64,000 nt of DNA from Octopus vulgaris (GCA_951406725.2 OX597817.1:107632001-107696000), one strand, 5' to 3'. Positions 24,931-37,691 are shown, counted from the first letter of the stretch. The notes: generated by a model not told the origin, from the letters alone. Translations and numbers: made by a program.

Positions 24931-27299
24931 AGAAAGAAAAACTACTCCAGGAGTTGATAAGGTCAAGAGCAATTCCATAATCAGCTTATGGAAACCTGCT
25001 ACTGATAACCATTTTATCTAGTGCTACCGGGTTCATGGTTGAGTAGTTGCTGACTAAACTACACCTCTCCCTTACCAATTGGCTTACCTAGCAAAGAGGG
25101 TGTTTGAGCACCTAGTAGGATTAAAATACAAAATCTGTCAAAGGCAGATGAGTCCCTTCAGATCCTATGGCACCAATATTCTAAAGAAACAACATAAAAA
25201 CCATTCCAGGACTCAAGTTTTTACCCCATGGGGCAGTGAGAGAACCATTACAAAGTCACTTGATCTGATAACTATATAAACCAAACTTCCTTCAAATCAC
25301 ATCCTAACGTATTAAATAAGGAAGGACACAATGGATAATATAGTTCTAGACACACACTATCTATAAAAAAAAAAGCCTGGAAGGTCATCGGTGGAACATC
25401 TTTAATTGTAGGTTTGCTAAATTGGAGCTGACTTTGGGCACAACAACAACAACTTTATATGTAATCCCCACAAAAACTAACCCCATATTCTAGCTCTACA
25501 TTAAGTTTTAGACCAATAGTTACTTCACACATCATATATCTTATGTAAGCATTGCTGAAATTATAAAACTTTTCACATTAAACAAAATAAAACAAACTCT
25601 GTAAGTCAGCAGCAACTTATGAGTAACAGAAGCGCATTTCCACTCTTCTGAGTGACAACACTTCCCCTGATTAACATTAAAGTGTTGCTTGTGGTTGTTC
25701 AGGAAAAAACATGCATGAAATTATTTATTGCAAACGCTTTATGATGATATGTATGTGCTCATATTTTTGTTTCTGTGTATGTAAGTCTAAAATTTGGTCT
25801 TGTTTGTATTGTGGCCCTTCATGTCCCATAACTTAATAATCTGACATATTAAGTAGCATACTGAAATATGTACTTGGCTTGAAGTGATTGAATGGAAACA
25901 GTGTCCCAGCATAGCTGCAGTCATGTTCATAAACTTATGTTAATAACAGAAATTTTTATATAAGACAAAGGAGGAATGTTAGACAATTAAATTTAGATGT
26001 TTACTTAAGGATACAAAGAACAAAACACTTCAGCTAGAAAGTATAATATTTTGCTCCTTTGTTGTCACATCTTAGAAATGGCATTCTTTTATTTATTATT
26101 TTACAAGGCAAAAGGCAAATGTTTTAGAAGTTGTGTAGCTGGCTGAAATACTTTTTAATATAATGTTTCAATTAGATGCACAAAATGTATACTTAAAAGT
26201 ATAAAATTGATGTTTGGTCAACATCAGGGAAAAATCAAAGCATAAAAGATGGTACTGCAAGCTGTTTGAATAGAAATTTCTAATTCAGATAAGAAAACAT
26301 TAAAGTTAGAAATTCAACAATGGTAACAAAATTACAAAGCAGCCTGAGAGATTTAGTCTTTATAATACAGTAAAAATGAGAATTTAAAGATTTATTTATA
26401 ACATAATCCTATTAAAAAAAAAAAAGAGGTGATATGATAATTATTTTTTTTAAGGTCTATTTTTTACAAGGTAAGTTAAAATTGAGTTTTGATATTTTCA
26501 AGAAATTACCATTCTCATTTTGTGATTTTGAATTATCAGAAATTCTTTCCTGTAAATATTTTTTTAAAAACTAGTGTTTTGAAGTCCTTTTTGCTCTTCA
26601 GCTCTCTGTAGACCATAGGTGATAAACATATGCTTTCTAGTTCTTTCCATCTTCCTTCATTTCTTCGGCATTTGTAAAAAGACCCTGATCTATGGATATC
26701 AAAAAATGCTAGGTTGTATTGTTTTTTTTTATACTTTTTAATAAAGAGATGAAACCATGGTTGTGTGGTAAGAAGTTTGCTTCCCAACCAAATGGTTCTG
26801 GGTTCAGTCCCACTGTGTGATACCATGGATAAGTGTCTTTTACAGTCCCCATGCTGATTGAAACCTTGTGAGTGTATTTGGTGGATGGAAACTCTTTCTT
26901 GGGATCTTCGGACACTAAGAACTACCATCACCATCCTTATCCTCATTAAGCTAAAATACAAATTTGTTTTCAATTTAGGGTGGTTAAAGGCTGCTAAAAT
27001 TTATATTATTCTATCCCTGTCCCTTGTGAGTATGCCTGGCATTTTTCCACCATTTCCCTCTTTATCCTGCTGTCTCCCTTCTCTCTCTTTCTCCTGCACT
27101 TTCCTCAGGTTGGAAAACCATGTATTTCCTTTGTGGTAGTGCACCTATTTCTGTCTTCATTCTTGATCTCTCTCTCTCTCTCTCTCTCTTGTTCTGTGAC
27201 CAGGTAAACTTGTACTTCCTCTACAGCAAGACACTTGTTTCTGTCTCTCTGTCTCACTATAACCTTTCATCATCCAACACAAGATCACCTCTTTCCTCT

Positions 27300-27587
27300 T
27301 GAAAGTTGTTTTTTGTCTTGCAAGTACTTGGTGACCATGCTAGTGCAGGTGCCACTTAAAAGTACCCAGTCCACACTGTAAAGTGGTTGGCATTTGGAAG
27401 GGCATCCAACTGTAAAAACCTTGCCAAAACTGCCCTCGCTGAGTGGTTGGTGTTAGGAAGAGCAACCAGCTGTAAAAATCCTATCAAAACAGTCACAAAA
27501 GCCTGGTGCAGGCTCCTGCCTGGCTGGCTCTTGGGAAACTGTTCCACTCATGCTAGCATGGAAGGCAGACATTAAATGATGATGATG
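27300..27587 (+). mobile_element. RTE 3'-tail copy with an internal duplication
   Basis: Two AGTGGTTGG...GGAAG.GCA.CCA.CTGTAAAAA blocks, then a (GAT)n tail. Confidence 0.75.
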
Positions 27588-28419
27588 GTTCAAATTAAAT
27601 TTAGTGGATTTTATTCTTAGTAAGGTTTTAGGTATTATTTAGATTTGTAATAATCATTAGTATAATCTCTGGCTAGGTTGGACATTGTTAGAATATGTAT
27701 AAGTTTGTAAATATTTGATTCCATATGTTTTAGCTGATTCATAAAAAATTGTTTCAATGACAGTGTTGACACTTGTTTGTGAGTGGACAAGGCAAATAGA
27801 AGAATTTAACAACGGAATATAATTATTTCTAACTTCAGCACAAAGACAGGAATTTTAAGGGGATGTGGATTATCGATTATTTTGATAGCCAGTGCTTAAC
27901 TGGTAGTTATTTTATTGTCTCTGAAAGGATGAAATGCAGAATCAACCATGGCAGAATTTGAACTCAGTACATAAAGTGCTGGAAGAGGTACCACTAAGCA
28001 TTATGTCTGACATGCTAATGATTCTCTCACTTCACTGCCCTAACAAAGGAATATAATGAAACAGACTATAATGTTGTGTAATTATAATATAATTTAAAAT
28101 GTATCATATATAATAAATAATATAAAATGTCTGAAATGAAACTGAGCATTATAATTTGTTGCTTTTTTATAATTTAATCAGACCTATCTCCTTTGAAATA
28201 TTCCCCCCACCCACATGATGTTGGTGTACTGCTCCCAGCATTTTTTCCAGTTTTAGAATGTATTTTCAGGAATAGTGTTCAGTTCTCATAGCAAATTTTT
28301 CTTTGATCTCTTCCATTGTTTGAAATCATTGAAGGCATGGCTACCACCACCACGACTACCCCCACCCACCTTCATTGTCACTACATCAAACAAAGCATCA
28401 ACCCAATCCACCAATTAAT

Positions 28420-28428
28420 ACTACTGCA

Positions 28429-28490
<62 letters not shown>
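28420..28490. repeat. (CTA)n microsatellite
   Basis: Seen directly; it produces the poly-L ORF. Confidence 0.95.
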
Positions 28491-28903
28491 ATCACCTACA
28501 GTCATTATTGAGATGGTGGCAAGATCAAAACAGTGGGTATGCTAGCTATGGAGATGTGGTAGGTATATGAGGTGTTGTTGGAGGTTACTGTTGTGGTGAT
28601 GGTAGTATTGCAAGTGTAATCTGAATGCTAAAGGGTTGAAGCTGACCACTACAGCTTGTTTTTCTCTCAGGGTGTAACCACACTCCTAGCTTTTGCTTCC
28701 CTAGGCTCAAAGAACAGTAGAACAGTGATCGATAAGTTTCAAGGCATATCCACCAGGATTGGCCAGCACACTACAGTCTATCCCTATGATCCACTGCTGC
28801 TTCAAGATCTTCTGCCAAAGCATCCTGATGCCTCAAAGTGCTCATTGTAACTATAGGTTTATGTTGATACATTTAGTAAAACATAATAAATAAACCTTTA
28901 AAT

Positions 28904-29359
28904 CAGTGTTTCTCAACCATTTTTACCTGTGGACCCCTTTACATTCCTATTTTACTCAGATGGACCATCCTAGCCATTCAATGTTTATCCCTTTAGCATT
29001 CAATCCAGTCATATCCAACCCAAATATTGTACGTGTTTTATGTTAAAAGTAACTAGATCCAACTTCTCACACCTACCCTACAATGTCATTCTCAAAATAT
29101 ACAAACACACCATTGAAATCTTGAAGCTACAAAATAATATGTGATTAATTCCAAACAATGTGAATAAATAGGCAATACATTTAACAAAGAAATCTGAAAA
29201 TTAAAGGGTTAAAAGGTCATATATTTTTATAATTAAATATTATTAAGAATTTTATAAAAATATTGTTAAAATATTTTGTGGATTGTAGAAGTATAACAAA
29301 TTTATTGCAGATAAATTTTAATGACAAAATCTTATATGGACCCTGATTGAGAAACACTG
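28904..29359. mobile_element. hAT (MER5-like) MITE with a nested piggyBac-type MITE (~28986-29212)
   Basis: TIRs CAGTGTTTCTCAA / TTGAGAAACACTG; 8-bp TSD CTTTAAAT / CTTTAAAG. Confidence 0.8.
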
Positions 29360-30125
29360 CTTTAAAGTGTATTTATAGATTGCTCAAATTTTATATATCC
29401 TGCTTAATGATATCAGCTAGTTATTGATATATGAAAGACTCAAGCACAGCCCAAAATGTGTGTGTGTGGATATACACACACACACTTCTCTCTTGTCTCT
29501 TTGTTGCCTGAAGGCACCCGCATAGCAATAAACTGAGTGGCAATATCTTGAATCAATAGCTTCCTGGAAATAAATTCTGCTGCATGTATTTATTAAATAC
29601 TTTTCTCTCATTTATACATCCTAACTTGTATGTGTGTATGCATATGTAGTTGTTCTTTGGTGTTAGCAGATAAACTATTTAAATGGAAAACTCATTGAAG
29701 AAAACCTCAATATGTATAGACACACATACACACACACCTGTTTTTTTAATGATGAATTGGCAGAAATTACAGAGTGATTTGAGCACTGAAAGTTTCATGT
29801 GTTGGCAAATGCATGGAACTTTTGACCCTTGAGTTACTCTGTAACTATTCAGTTTTATGTTTTGGCATGCAGTAAAACCACTTTTATTGGCAAAAAATCT
29901 AGAAGGCTATCTTCTGATATAAAGTCTATGCTTGAAATGTTTTCTGGTCATCTTGCCCTTGCTTGTTATTGGATATTTAACTATGGATACTTTTACTGCA
30001 TACGTGTTGCACAAGCATATGTCAATATAATCCAATGATGTACAGATGTCTCATTGGTTCAGTTTATGAATAATGAAACAGCTATCATCAGATGAGATGA
30101 AGCAGTCATCATATATATATATATA

Positions 30126-30277
30126 TGGCTGTGTGATAAGAAATTTGTTTTCCAACCACATAGTTCCAGGTTCAGTGCCATTAGATGGCACCCTGTGCAA
30201 TTGTCCTCTACTGTAGCCCTGGGCCGACCAAAGCCTTGTGAGTAGATCTGTTAGACAGAAACTGAAAGAAGCCAGTC

Positions 30278-30309
<32 letters not shown>

Positions 30310-30470
30310 TTGTCTTCCACCACCACTTGACAACCAGTGTTGTTTTGTATATGTTCCTGTAACTTAGCTGTTCAGTAAAAAAGATCAATAGAATAAGTAC
30401 TAGACTTTAAAAGAATAATTACTGGGGTTGATTTGAATAAACCATTCAATGACCGATACAAGTAAAAGAC
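30126..30470 (+). mobile_element. SINE family A
   Basis: Full head-to-tail homology with 47696-48080. Confidence 0.8.
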
Positions 30471-30929
30471 AATATATATATATATATATATTTTTAATTG
30501 AAGTTTTTTATATCACCTATCACTTAACACATGCACATTAGTGCAATTCTTTGAAATATTCACACTTAGTTACGTAGCAGATATATGCAATTTAATCAGA
30601 GGTTGTATCATATGAATGGAATATTTTCTTTTGTTTATGAGAAAAATGGAAAAGTATGAGTAAATATATATCTTATGAGTGCTGTGCATTAAGTCTATAA
30701 AATTGTGCATAATACTTTATTAATAAAGTGCATTAAGTAATCATTGTATTCCAATTTCTTTCACTTTTCAATGAGTAGCAAATAAGTGACTATCTTTCCA
30801 TACAGTCACAACAAAGACTATGCTTTCAGTTTTTTGGATAAAGTTTTCAGAAATAATCCAATAAGTTTACCATTAATTCTGTGAAATATTCACATGTCCT
30901 GCTAGTAATTATTATTTTACTTATATAAT

Positions 30930-31182
30930 TAATTGTGCTTTTGCTTTTCTATGCTTGTGTATGTTGAATGGATCTTCTCCAAGACAGTGTCTTAACATTT
31001 GTTGCCTTACCGTTCCTTCATCCTCTTGAGTGAGGTTTAACATCCTGATATCTGCTTTCACCATTTCTGCCTGTTTCTTCCTTGGCCTTCTGTGTTTATA
31101 GTTTACTTCATTTCTCTCTAGCCTCTGCAGATCCTCTGCATGGAGTGTCCCACATTTCACTACTACGCAAAACACACACACA
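30930..31182 (-). pseudogene. RTE ORF C-terminal relic
   Basis: HAEDLQRLERNE...RPRK....MVKADIRMLNLT.E aligns with the 35317 ORF (AEDMRKLVRNE...RPRKTW..VVKHDLR.LGLT.E). Confidence 0.7.
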
Positions 31183-31711
31183 ATGTCTCTCTCTCTCTCT
31201 CTCTGTCTATCTGTTTGTCTGTCTCTCTTTTTGTGTGGCTGTGTGGTTTAGAAGGTTGCTTCTCAACCATGTGGTTTTGGGCTCAGTCTCACTGTGTGGT
31301 GTCTTGGGCAAGTGTCTTCTACTATATAACCTCAGGCCTTGTGAGTGGATTTGGTAGACACAAACTGCCATATATATGTTTCGTTTTTGTATTTGACTCT
31401 CCTCAGACACAATAATATATATATATATATATATATACATGTACACATGATTATTGTAAATGAGCATCACTGTCATATAAGTGATGTAGCTTGTTTTTGA
31501 AAAGAGGTAAAGGTTGGTGACAGGAGGGGCATCAGGCTGTAGAAAATCTGCCACAATAACTTTTGCCTGACCCATGCCATCATGGAAATGTGGATGTTTA
31601 ATAATGATGATGGCAATGTATAAAATATCATACACATACATGAACTTAAACCTTGCTCCAGAAGAATTCAGTTTATTAAATGATCCATTCTTTTCTTTTC
31701 TTTTTTTCCAG

Positions 31712-31836
31712 TTATATCCTTATTGATTGTGAAGATATGGATGGGTACCAATTCCAAAGATTTGTTGATCATAAGTTAACTACAATCTCAATTCATTGAC
31801 TTATTTTATGGATTAAAATTCTACAAATTTGTTCTG
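31712..31836 (+). other. Candidate internal exon (125 nt) of an unknown transcript
   Basis: Long polypyrimidine tract plus CAG ending at 31711; CTG|GTAAGT donor at 31837; all three frames contain a stop. Confidence 0.5.
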
Positions 31837-31986
31837 GTAAGTGATTTTTTTCAATATTTGTATTGAAAATGAAATGTGATTTCTTTATATCTTTGAACAG
31901 TTATGGCTATTTTTCTCATCATTGAAAGAAATCCCCCTTCCCCTGTGAAATAATACTAAAAAAACTTACTAGTGAAAATATAATAG

Positions 31987-32395
31987 TTAACCCTTTAATG
32001 CTTTTGTTGGAACAGACTGCTTTTGTTACAATTAATTTTGATAACGAATAATTTGGTAAAATAACGTTTTCATTATTAAGCTGATGTTTGGAACATAAGT
32101 TAACATAAGATATTGGTGGAAAGTCTTTGTTACAATTTTGTGGCAATTTTTTGTTATAATTAATTTTGATAACGAAAAATTTGGTAAAATAACTTTGTCG
32201 TAATACTGAAATAGTGAAGAAGATATGATATTGCTGTGGGCTCGCACTAGACAAGAAGTGAAACATTTTTTGGCCTGGCACACTACATGGACCCTAAGTG
32301 AGGCATGTGTAAAATTTGAATGAAATTGGTTGTGTAGTTCTCAAGTTTTAGGGATTCACACAGACACACACATTCTTATCTTTATATATATAGAT
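31987..32395 (+). mobile_element. DNA-element relic with an internal ~40-bp direct repeat and a Helentron-like end
   Basis: AATTAATTTTGATAACGAA.AATTTGGTAAAATAAC occurs twice; ends AAATTTGAATGAAATTGG...ACAGACACACACATT. Confidence 0.45.
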
Positions 32396-32608
32396 GTATA
32401 TACATATATGTGTGTGTATATATGTATATACATGTGTGTGTATATATGTATATATATATGTGTGTGTATATATGTATATATATGTGTGTGTATATATGTA
32501 TATATATGTGTTTGTATATATGTATATATATATATATATATATATGTGTTTGTGTATATGTATATATATATATATGTATATATACATCCATACACACACA
32601 CACATATA
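32385..32608. repeat. Compound TA/TG microsatellite
   Basis: Seen directly. Confidence 0.95.
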
Positions 32609-34367
32609 TTTATCACTGTATCAGCTGGGCAATTGGATATTGTTAATTACCACAAGTTACAATGTGCTCTCTGACAATGTTACAGCTTTTAAATGATGCC
32701 ACTCCAGTGGCAAAGTAGGTGGGCAGGCCAACATTCTCCTTGAACAGAATGCCTGCCCAGTAAAGTGTTATCCATTTGATGCCTAGTGGACTCAAGCAAT
32801 GTGAAAAAATGAAGTGTCTTGCTTAAGAACACTAAACGTTACTGATCTTAGAGTTGAAACTTGGATCTTGTGATGATCATGAGATTTATTTGCCTTCACT
32901 ACTGTTTTGTTTGCCTTCACACGTGTCTTGGAGGATGCAGAGAGACTAGCGTGGAAATACCGGCAGTGGGAAGCATAACTTGACCTGATTTGCTCTATGC
33001 ATGATGATGCCTCAGGGATCACTAACCTTGTATAACCCTTGCCCCATGAAGCAAGAGCAAGAAACAAAGAAGCATGTGTGTATGTACATATGTGGATGTA
33101 TAGATGTGCATATATGTGTGTGTGTGTGCATGAAAGTTTTTGTTTCAGTGTGTCTTGACACAATCTAAGTTAATGTGTTTGTTTACTTCTCCCACAAACA
33201 ATACATCCCATAGCCCAGAAGTTTCAAACGAAGATTATGATACAAAAGTACCTTATAAAAAGTGTATGCAGTCATAGTATACTACTTTACTAAACCTCAT
33301 CCAACCCATCCCATCATGGAAAAGTGGACATAAAGATGAAGATAATGGTGACAATGACGCTGATGATGATGATGATAGTATTCTCTAGTAATCATTAGGT
33401 ATCTTGTTCCCAAAAATCAATGTACATAGTAACAGATTGTATTCAGACTGGGAACCTTTATTTCTCAATCAAGAATAATATAAATAATGTTCTTATTCAC
33501 TAAATCACTAATGCATGTAGAATTATTGTTAATTTAGGTTAATTTAGCTATTTAGACAATTAACATATACAGTTAACATTCATTAGAACTGAGATTGTTA
33601 ACAACAGAGAGCACTTAACATTATTTCACACCAAGCCTGCATGACTGATATAAAGATGTATGTGAACCAGATAATATTCAGCCTTGCCACACCTGGTTCT
33701 TAGATGCCTTCAGCAGCCTCTATTCCCTTGCATGCATTCAGATCTTAAACTCCCAGTTGGGGAACAACTTGATATCTTGATATGCTCATCATATGAATCA
33801 TGGATTCTTCTTCCTTTCTTCTTTCCAACATCTCAGAAGCCCCGAAAAGTAATGGGTGATGGCCAAAGCACATACCAATGCCCTTTGTACACACATGCCC
33901 ATCCCTATAAGATAGACACTCCGCAGATAACTATTCCCCACCACCCCAACATATACCCCCTCATGAAATTGTATTCCCCCACATATACCCAGATCCTAAG
34001 CACACACATTACACATTACTCACCACATGCTTAAACCCCACCTCCAACCTTATCCTTTATAGAGAGAAAACAGACCGATGAGCACAGCTGTATATACCTA
34101 CATCCCTGGAAAAAATTATATATATGACACTGCCACAAATACTACACACCCCATCCCTGCAAGGATACCACATTAATAATACACACTTTCCCTACTTCAA
34201 GATAACTCTTGCCAGCTTCAAAGCATACCCAACCAAGGGACATAACTCCAATCCCCTGGACACTTTTTTCTTCTTTCACCACCTTTTTCATAGCTGCTGA
34301 CTGGTTGTCTGGTTGTGCTAATCCATCTCTGACAATAGAGAGCAGTTGCCATATTCCCTTCCATATC

Positions 34368-34458
34368 AGCTGTCCCTGATGAGCGTAAAGTTATATAGTT
34401 GGATTGTTGTCTAACACTCCAGTGTTTTCTTTATGCAAAACTGATTGGTAAGATCAGC
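34368..34458 (+). ncRNA. Decayed hammerhead ribozyme motif, probably the 3' end of a PLE relic
   Basis: CTGATGA (34376), GCGTAAAG...CTTTATGC 8-bp stem II, (A)AAA, CTGATTGG, TA; GCTG/CAGC in stem I. Confidence 0.5.
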
Positions 34459-34497
34459 CTTGATGGATATTAATACTATAAAATGTGGTTGTGTGTG

Positions 34498-34776
34498 TGA
34501 AGGTATGCGGCTTGGTGGTTAGGGTATTCAGCTCACAATCGTAAAGTTCTGTGTTTAATTCCTGGTGATGTGTTGTGTCCTTAAGCAAGTCACTTTATTT
34601 CACATTGCTCTGGTCCACTCAGCTGGCAAAATGAGTGGTACCTGTATTTCAAAGGGCCAGCCTTGTCACACTCTGGGTCATGCTGAATCTCCCTGAGAAC
34701 TGTGTTAAGGGTACACGTGGCTGTTCCACTGCTCAGATCAACTGAAACTCTCGTCATCGTAACTGACGAAGTGCCA
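34498..34776 (+). mobile_element. SINE family C
   Basis: tRNA-like head, GTCCTTAAGCAAG CORE-like block, tail ...GACGAAGTGCCA. Confidence 0.75.
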
Positions 34777-35223
34777 TATATATGTATGTATATATATGTA
34801 TACACACACACACACACACATGTATGTGTTTAGTTGAATGGTTTGAAAACTTATAAGATTTCAACACTATCAATGACATTATTGAAGTAAATTTCTCTTA
34901 AGTTACACATTTTCTTTTTCACAATTCAATGCAACTATTAAATCTATTTAACCAATCTATATTGCTAGTGTATCATGGTATCAAAGGTTTGTTTGTTTCT
35001 TACAATGAAGACCAGACACAAAGTAAATATTTTTCCAAGGTTACCTTCGAATTAACAGTCACACCTTCCAACCTATTTATTTGTTAAGGGAAAAGTTCAT
35101 TGTGTGTGTGTGTATGTGTGTAATCTTAACTTGTGCTCATGCAAAATCAGACATAAGTGTTTGAGTTTGTTTATCTATCTATGTGTCTGTTTGTATTTGT
35201 GTGTATATATATATATATATATA

Positions 35224-35979
35224 TAGAAACTCTATAAGATGTACCCAGTGTAAGCTATGGACACATAAGAGGTGCAGCAATGTCAAAGGTAGGCTAACTG
35301 GGAAGATAGTTTTTGTATGTGGCAGGTGCTCTGGAGCATTGACCTCCGAAAATCTGCAGAAAACAACTTCTGTCACTTTCCGGGGGAAAAACTAGAAGTA
35401 GTTGATAGTTTCCGCTATCTAGGTGACCAAGTCAGTAGTGGGGGTGGGTGCGCTGAAAGTGTAACTGCTAGAATAAGAATAGCCTGGGCAAAGTTTAGGG
35501 AGCTCTTACCTCTGCTGGTGACTAAAGGCCTCTCGCTCAGAGTAAAAGGCAGACTGTATGATGCATGTGTACGAACAGCTATGCTACATGGCAGTGAAAC
35601 ATGGGCCGTGACTGCTGAGGACATGCGTAAGCTCGTGAGGAACGAAGCCAGTATGCTCCGATGGATGTGTAATGTCAGTGTACTTACTCGACAGAGCGTT
35701 AGTACCTTGAGAGAAATGTTGTACCTAAGAAGCATCAGTTGTTGTGTGCAAGAGAGACGATTGCGCTGGTATGGTCATGTGGCGAGAATGGATGAAGATA
35801 GGTGTGTGAGAAAGTGCCAATCCCTAGCAGTTGAGGGAACCCGTGGAAGAGGTAGACCCAGGAAAACCTGGGACGAGGTGGTGAAGCACGACCTTCGGAC
35901 GTTAGGTCTCACCATGGAAATGACTAGAGACCGAGACCTATGGAAGTATGCTGTGCGTGAGAAGACCCGGCAAGACTAG
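35224..35979 (+). pseudogene. RTE ORF C-terminal part: PHD-like Zn finger plus RT thumb/C-terminus, one frameshift near 35385
   Basis: CTQCKLWTHKRC...CGRC, then LEVVDSFRYLG, RIRIAWAKFREL, LHGSETW, RRLRWYGHVARM, RGRPRKTW; the catalytic core is absent. Confidence 0.9.
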
Positions 35980-36242
35980 TGAAGCCATAATCCGTGGCCC
36001 CTACCTGGGACGTAGTCAGTCCACCTGTGCATACCTTCCTTCTTGTGACACTTGTGAAGACCTGTTGAGGCAAGTGAGAATCGAATCGTATCAAATCAAA
36101 TCGAACCAAATCAAAATAGATGAACATCAATGGAATTTGTATCCTTGTGGTACCAGTGCCGGTGGCACATAAGAAAACCATCCGAACGTGACCGTAGCCA
36201 GTACCGCAATGACTGGCCTCCGTGCTGAGGGCACGTAACAAA

Positions 36243-36620
36243 CACCATCCGAGCGTGGCCGTCCGCCAGCCTCGTCTGGCACCTGTGTCGGTGACACATA
36301 AGAAAACACCATCCGAGCGTGGCCGTCTGCCAGCCTCGTCTGGCACCTGTGTCGGTGGCACATAAAAAACACCATCCGAGCGTGGCCGTCTGCCAGCCTC
36401 GTCTGGCACCTGTGTCGGTGGCACATAAATAACACCATCCGAGCGTGGCCGTCTGCCAGCCTCGTCTGGCACCTGTGTCGGTGGCACATAAAAAACACCA
36501 TCCGAGCGTGGCCATCTGCCAGCCTCGTCTGGCACCTGTGTCGGTGGCACATAAAAAAACACCATCCGAGCGTGGCCGTCTGCCAGCCTCGTCTGGCACC
36601 TGTGTCGGTGGCACATAAAA
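36243..36620 (+). repeat. Tandem array of six 63-64-bp units in the RTE 3' UTR
   Basis: Units start (CACCATCC) at 36243, 36307, 36370, 36433, 36496 and 36560; a divergent unit precedes them at ~36177. Confidence 0.95.
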
Positions 36621-36814
36621 TCACCCACTACACTCTCGGAGTGGTTGGCGTTAGGAAGGGCATCCAGCTGTAGAAACACTGCCACATCTGACTGGCCTGG
36701 TGCAGCCTTCGGGCTTCCCAGACCCCAGTTGAACCGTCCAACCCATGCTAGCATGGAAAGCGGACGTTAAACGATGATGATGATGATGATGATATGTATT
36801 TATTTATTTATTTG

Positions 36815-37190
36815 TGGAGACGCAGTGGTCCAGTGGTTAGGGCAGTGGACTCGTGGTCATAGGATCGCGGTTTCAATTCCCAGACTGGGTGTTGTGAGTG
36901 TTTATTGAGCAAAAACACCTAAAGCTCCATGAGGCTCTGGCGAGAAGGAGGTGGCGGACCCTGCTGTACTCTTTCACCACAACTTTCTCACACTCTTTCT
37001 TCCTGTTTCTGTTGTACCTGTATTTCATAGGGCCAGCCTTATCACACTCTGTGTCAGACTGAATCTTCCCGAGAACTACATTAAAGGTACACATGTCTGT
37101 GGAGTGCTCAGCCACTTGCACGTTAATTTCACAAGCAGGCTGTTCCATTGATCAGATCAACTGGAACCCTTGTGATAATTGACAGTGCCA
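36815..37190 (+). mobile_element. tRNA-derived SINE family C variant
   Basis: A box TGGTCCAGTGG, B box GTTTCAATTCC, shared family C tail. Confidence 0.8.
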
Positions 37191-37691
37191 CGAGCAAGCA
37201 TTTATATTTACATATATGTATAGATACATATGCTTATTTATATGGGTATGTATGCATATTTATACATATATATATATTTATACATATATATATATGTGTG
37301 TGTATACATACATAGATGAAATCATGGCAAGAAGCTTGCTTCCAAACCACATGGCTCTGGGTTCAGTCGGTGTCTTTTGCTATAGCTTCAAGCTGACCAA
37401 AAGCCTTATGGGTAGATTTGGAAGACGAAAACTGAAAAGAATCTCAGTGTGTGTGTGTGTGTGTGTGTGTATCTTTGTGTCTGTTTGTCTGCCACCACTG
37501 CTTGACAACGGGTGTTGATGTGTTTACGTACCTGCAATTTGGGAGTTTAGCAAAAGAGACAGAATAGGTACCAAGCTTAAAAAAAGTCTTTGACTAAAAC
37601 TATTTAAGGCAGTGTCTCATCATGGTTGCAATCTAATGAATGAAATGAGTAAAAGATAATAGATAAAAGATATGTACATTTGTATACATAT

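Larger units (their letters stand above)
35224..36793 (+). mobile_element. Young 5'-truncated RTE-clade LINE
   Basis: Starts in (TA)n; ORF C-terminus, 3' UTR with tandem modules and (GAT)n tail; CpGs are retained. Confidence 0.92.

Noticed and set aside
28316-28570. Poly-Leu signal-peptide-like ORF
   Set aside because: Translation of the (CTA)n microsatellite.
36243-36306. Pistol or twister ribozyme, or preQ1 riboswitch, as identity of the module
   Set aside because: It shares only a stem plus A-rich linker plus pseudoknot outline; pistol P2 and the other conserved core nucleotides cannot be placed.
36243-36620. CRISPR array
   Set aside because: Eukaryotic context, no cas genes, and contiguous units without unique spacers.
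35924-36754. 276-aa minus-strand repeat protein (VPPTQVPDEAGRRPRSDGV)n
   Set aside because: Antisense reading of the 63-64-bp RTE UTR array; 64-nt units shift the frame, so there is no coding constraint.
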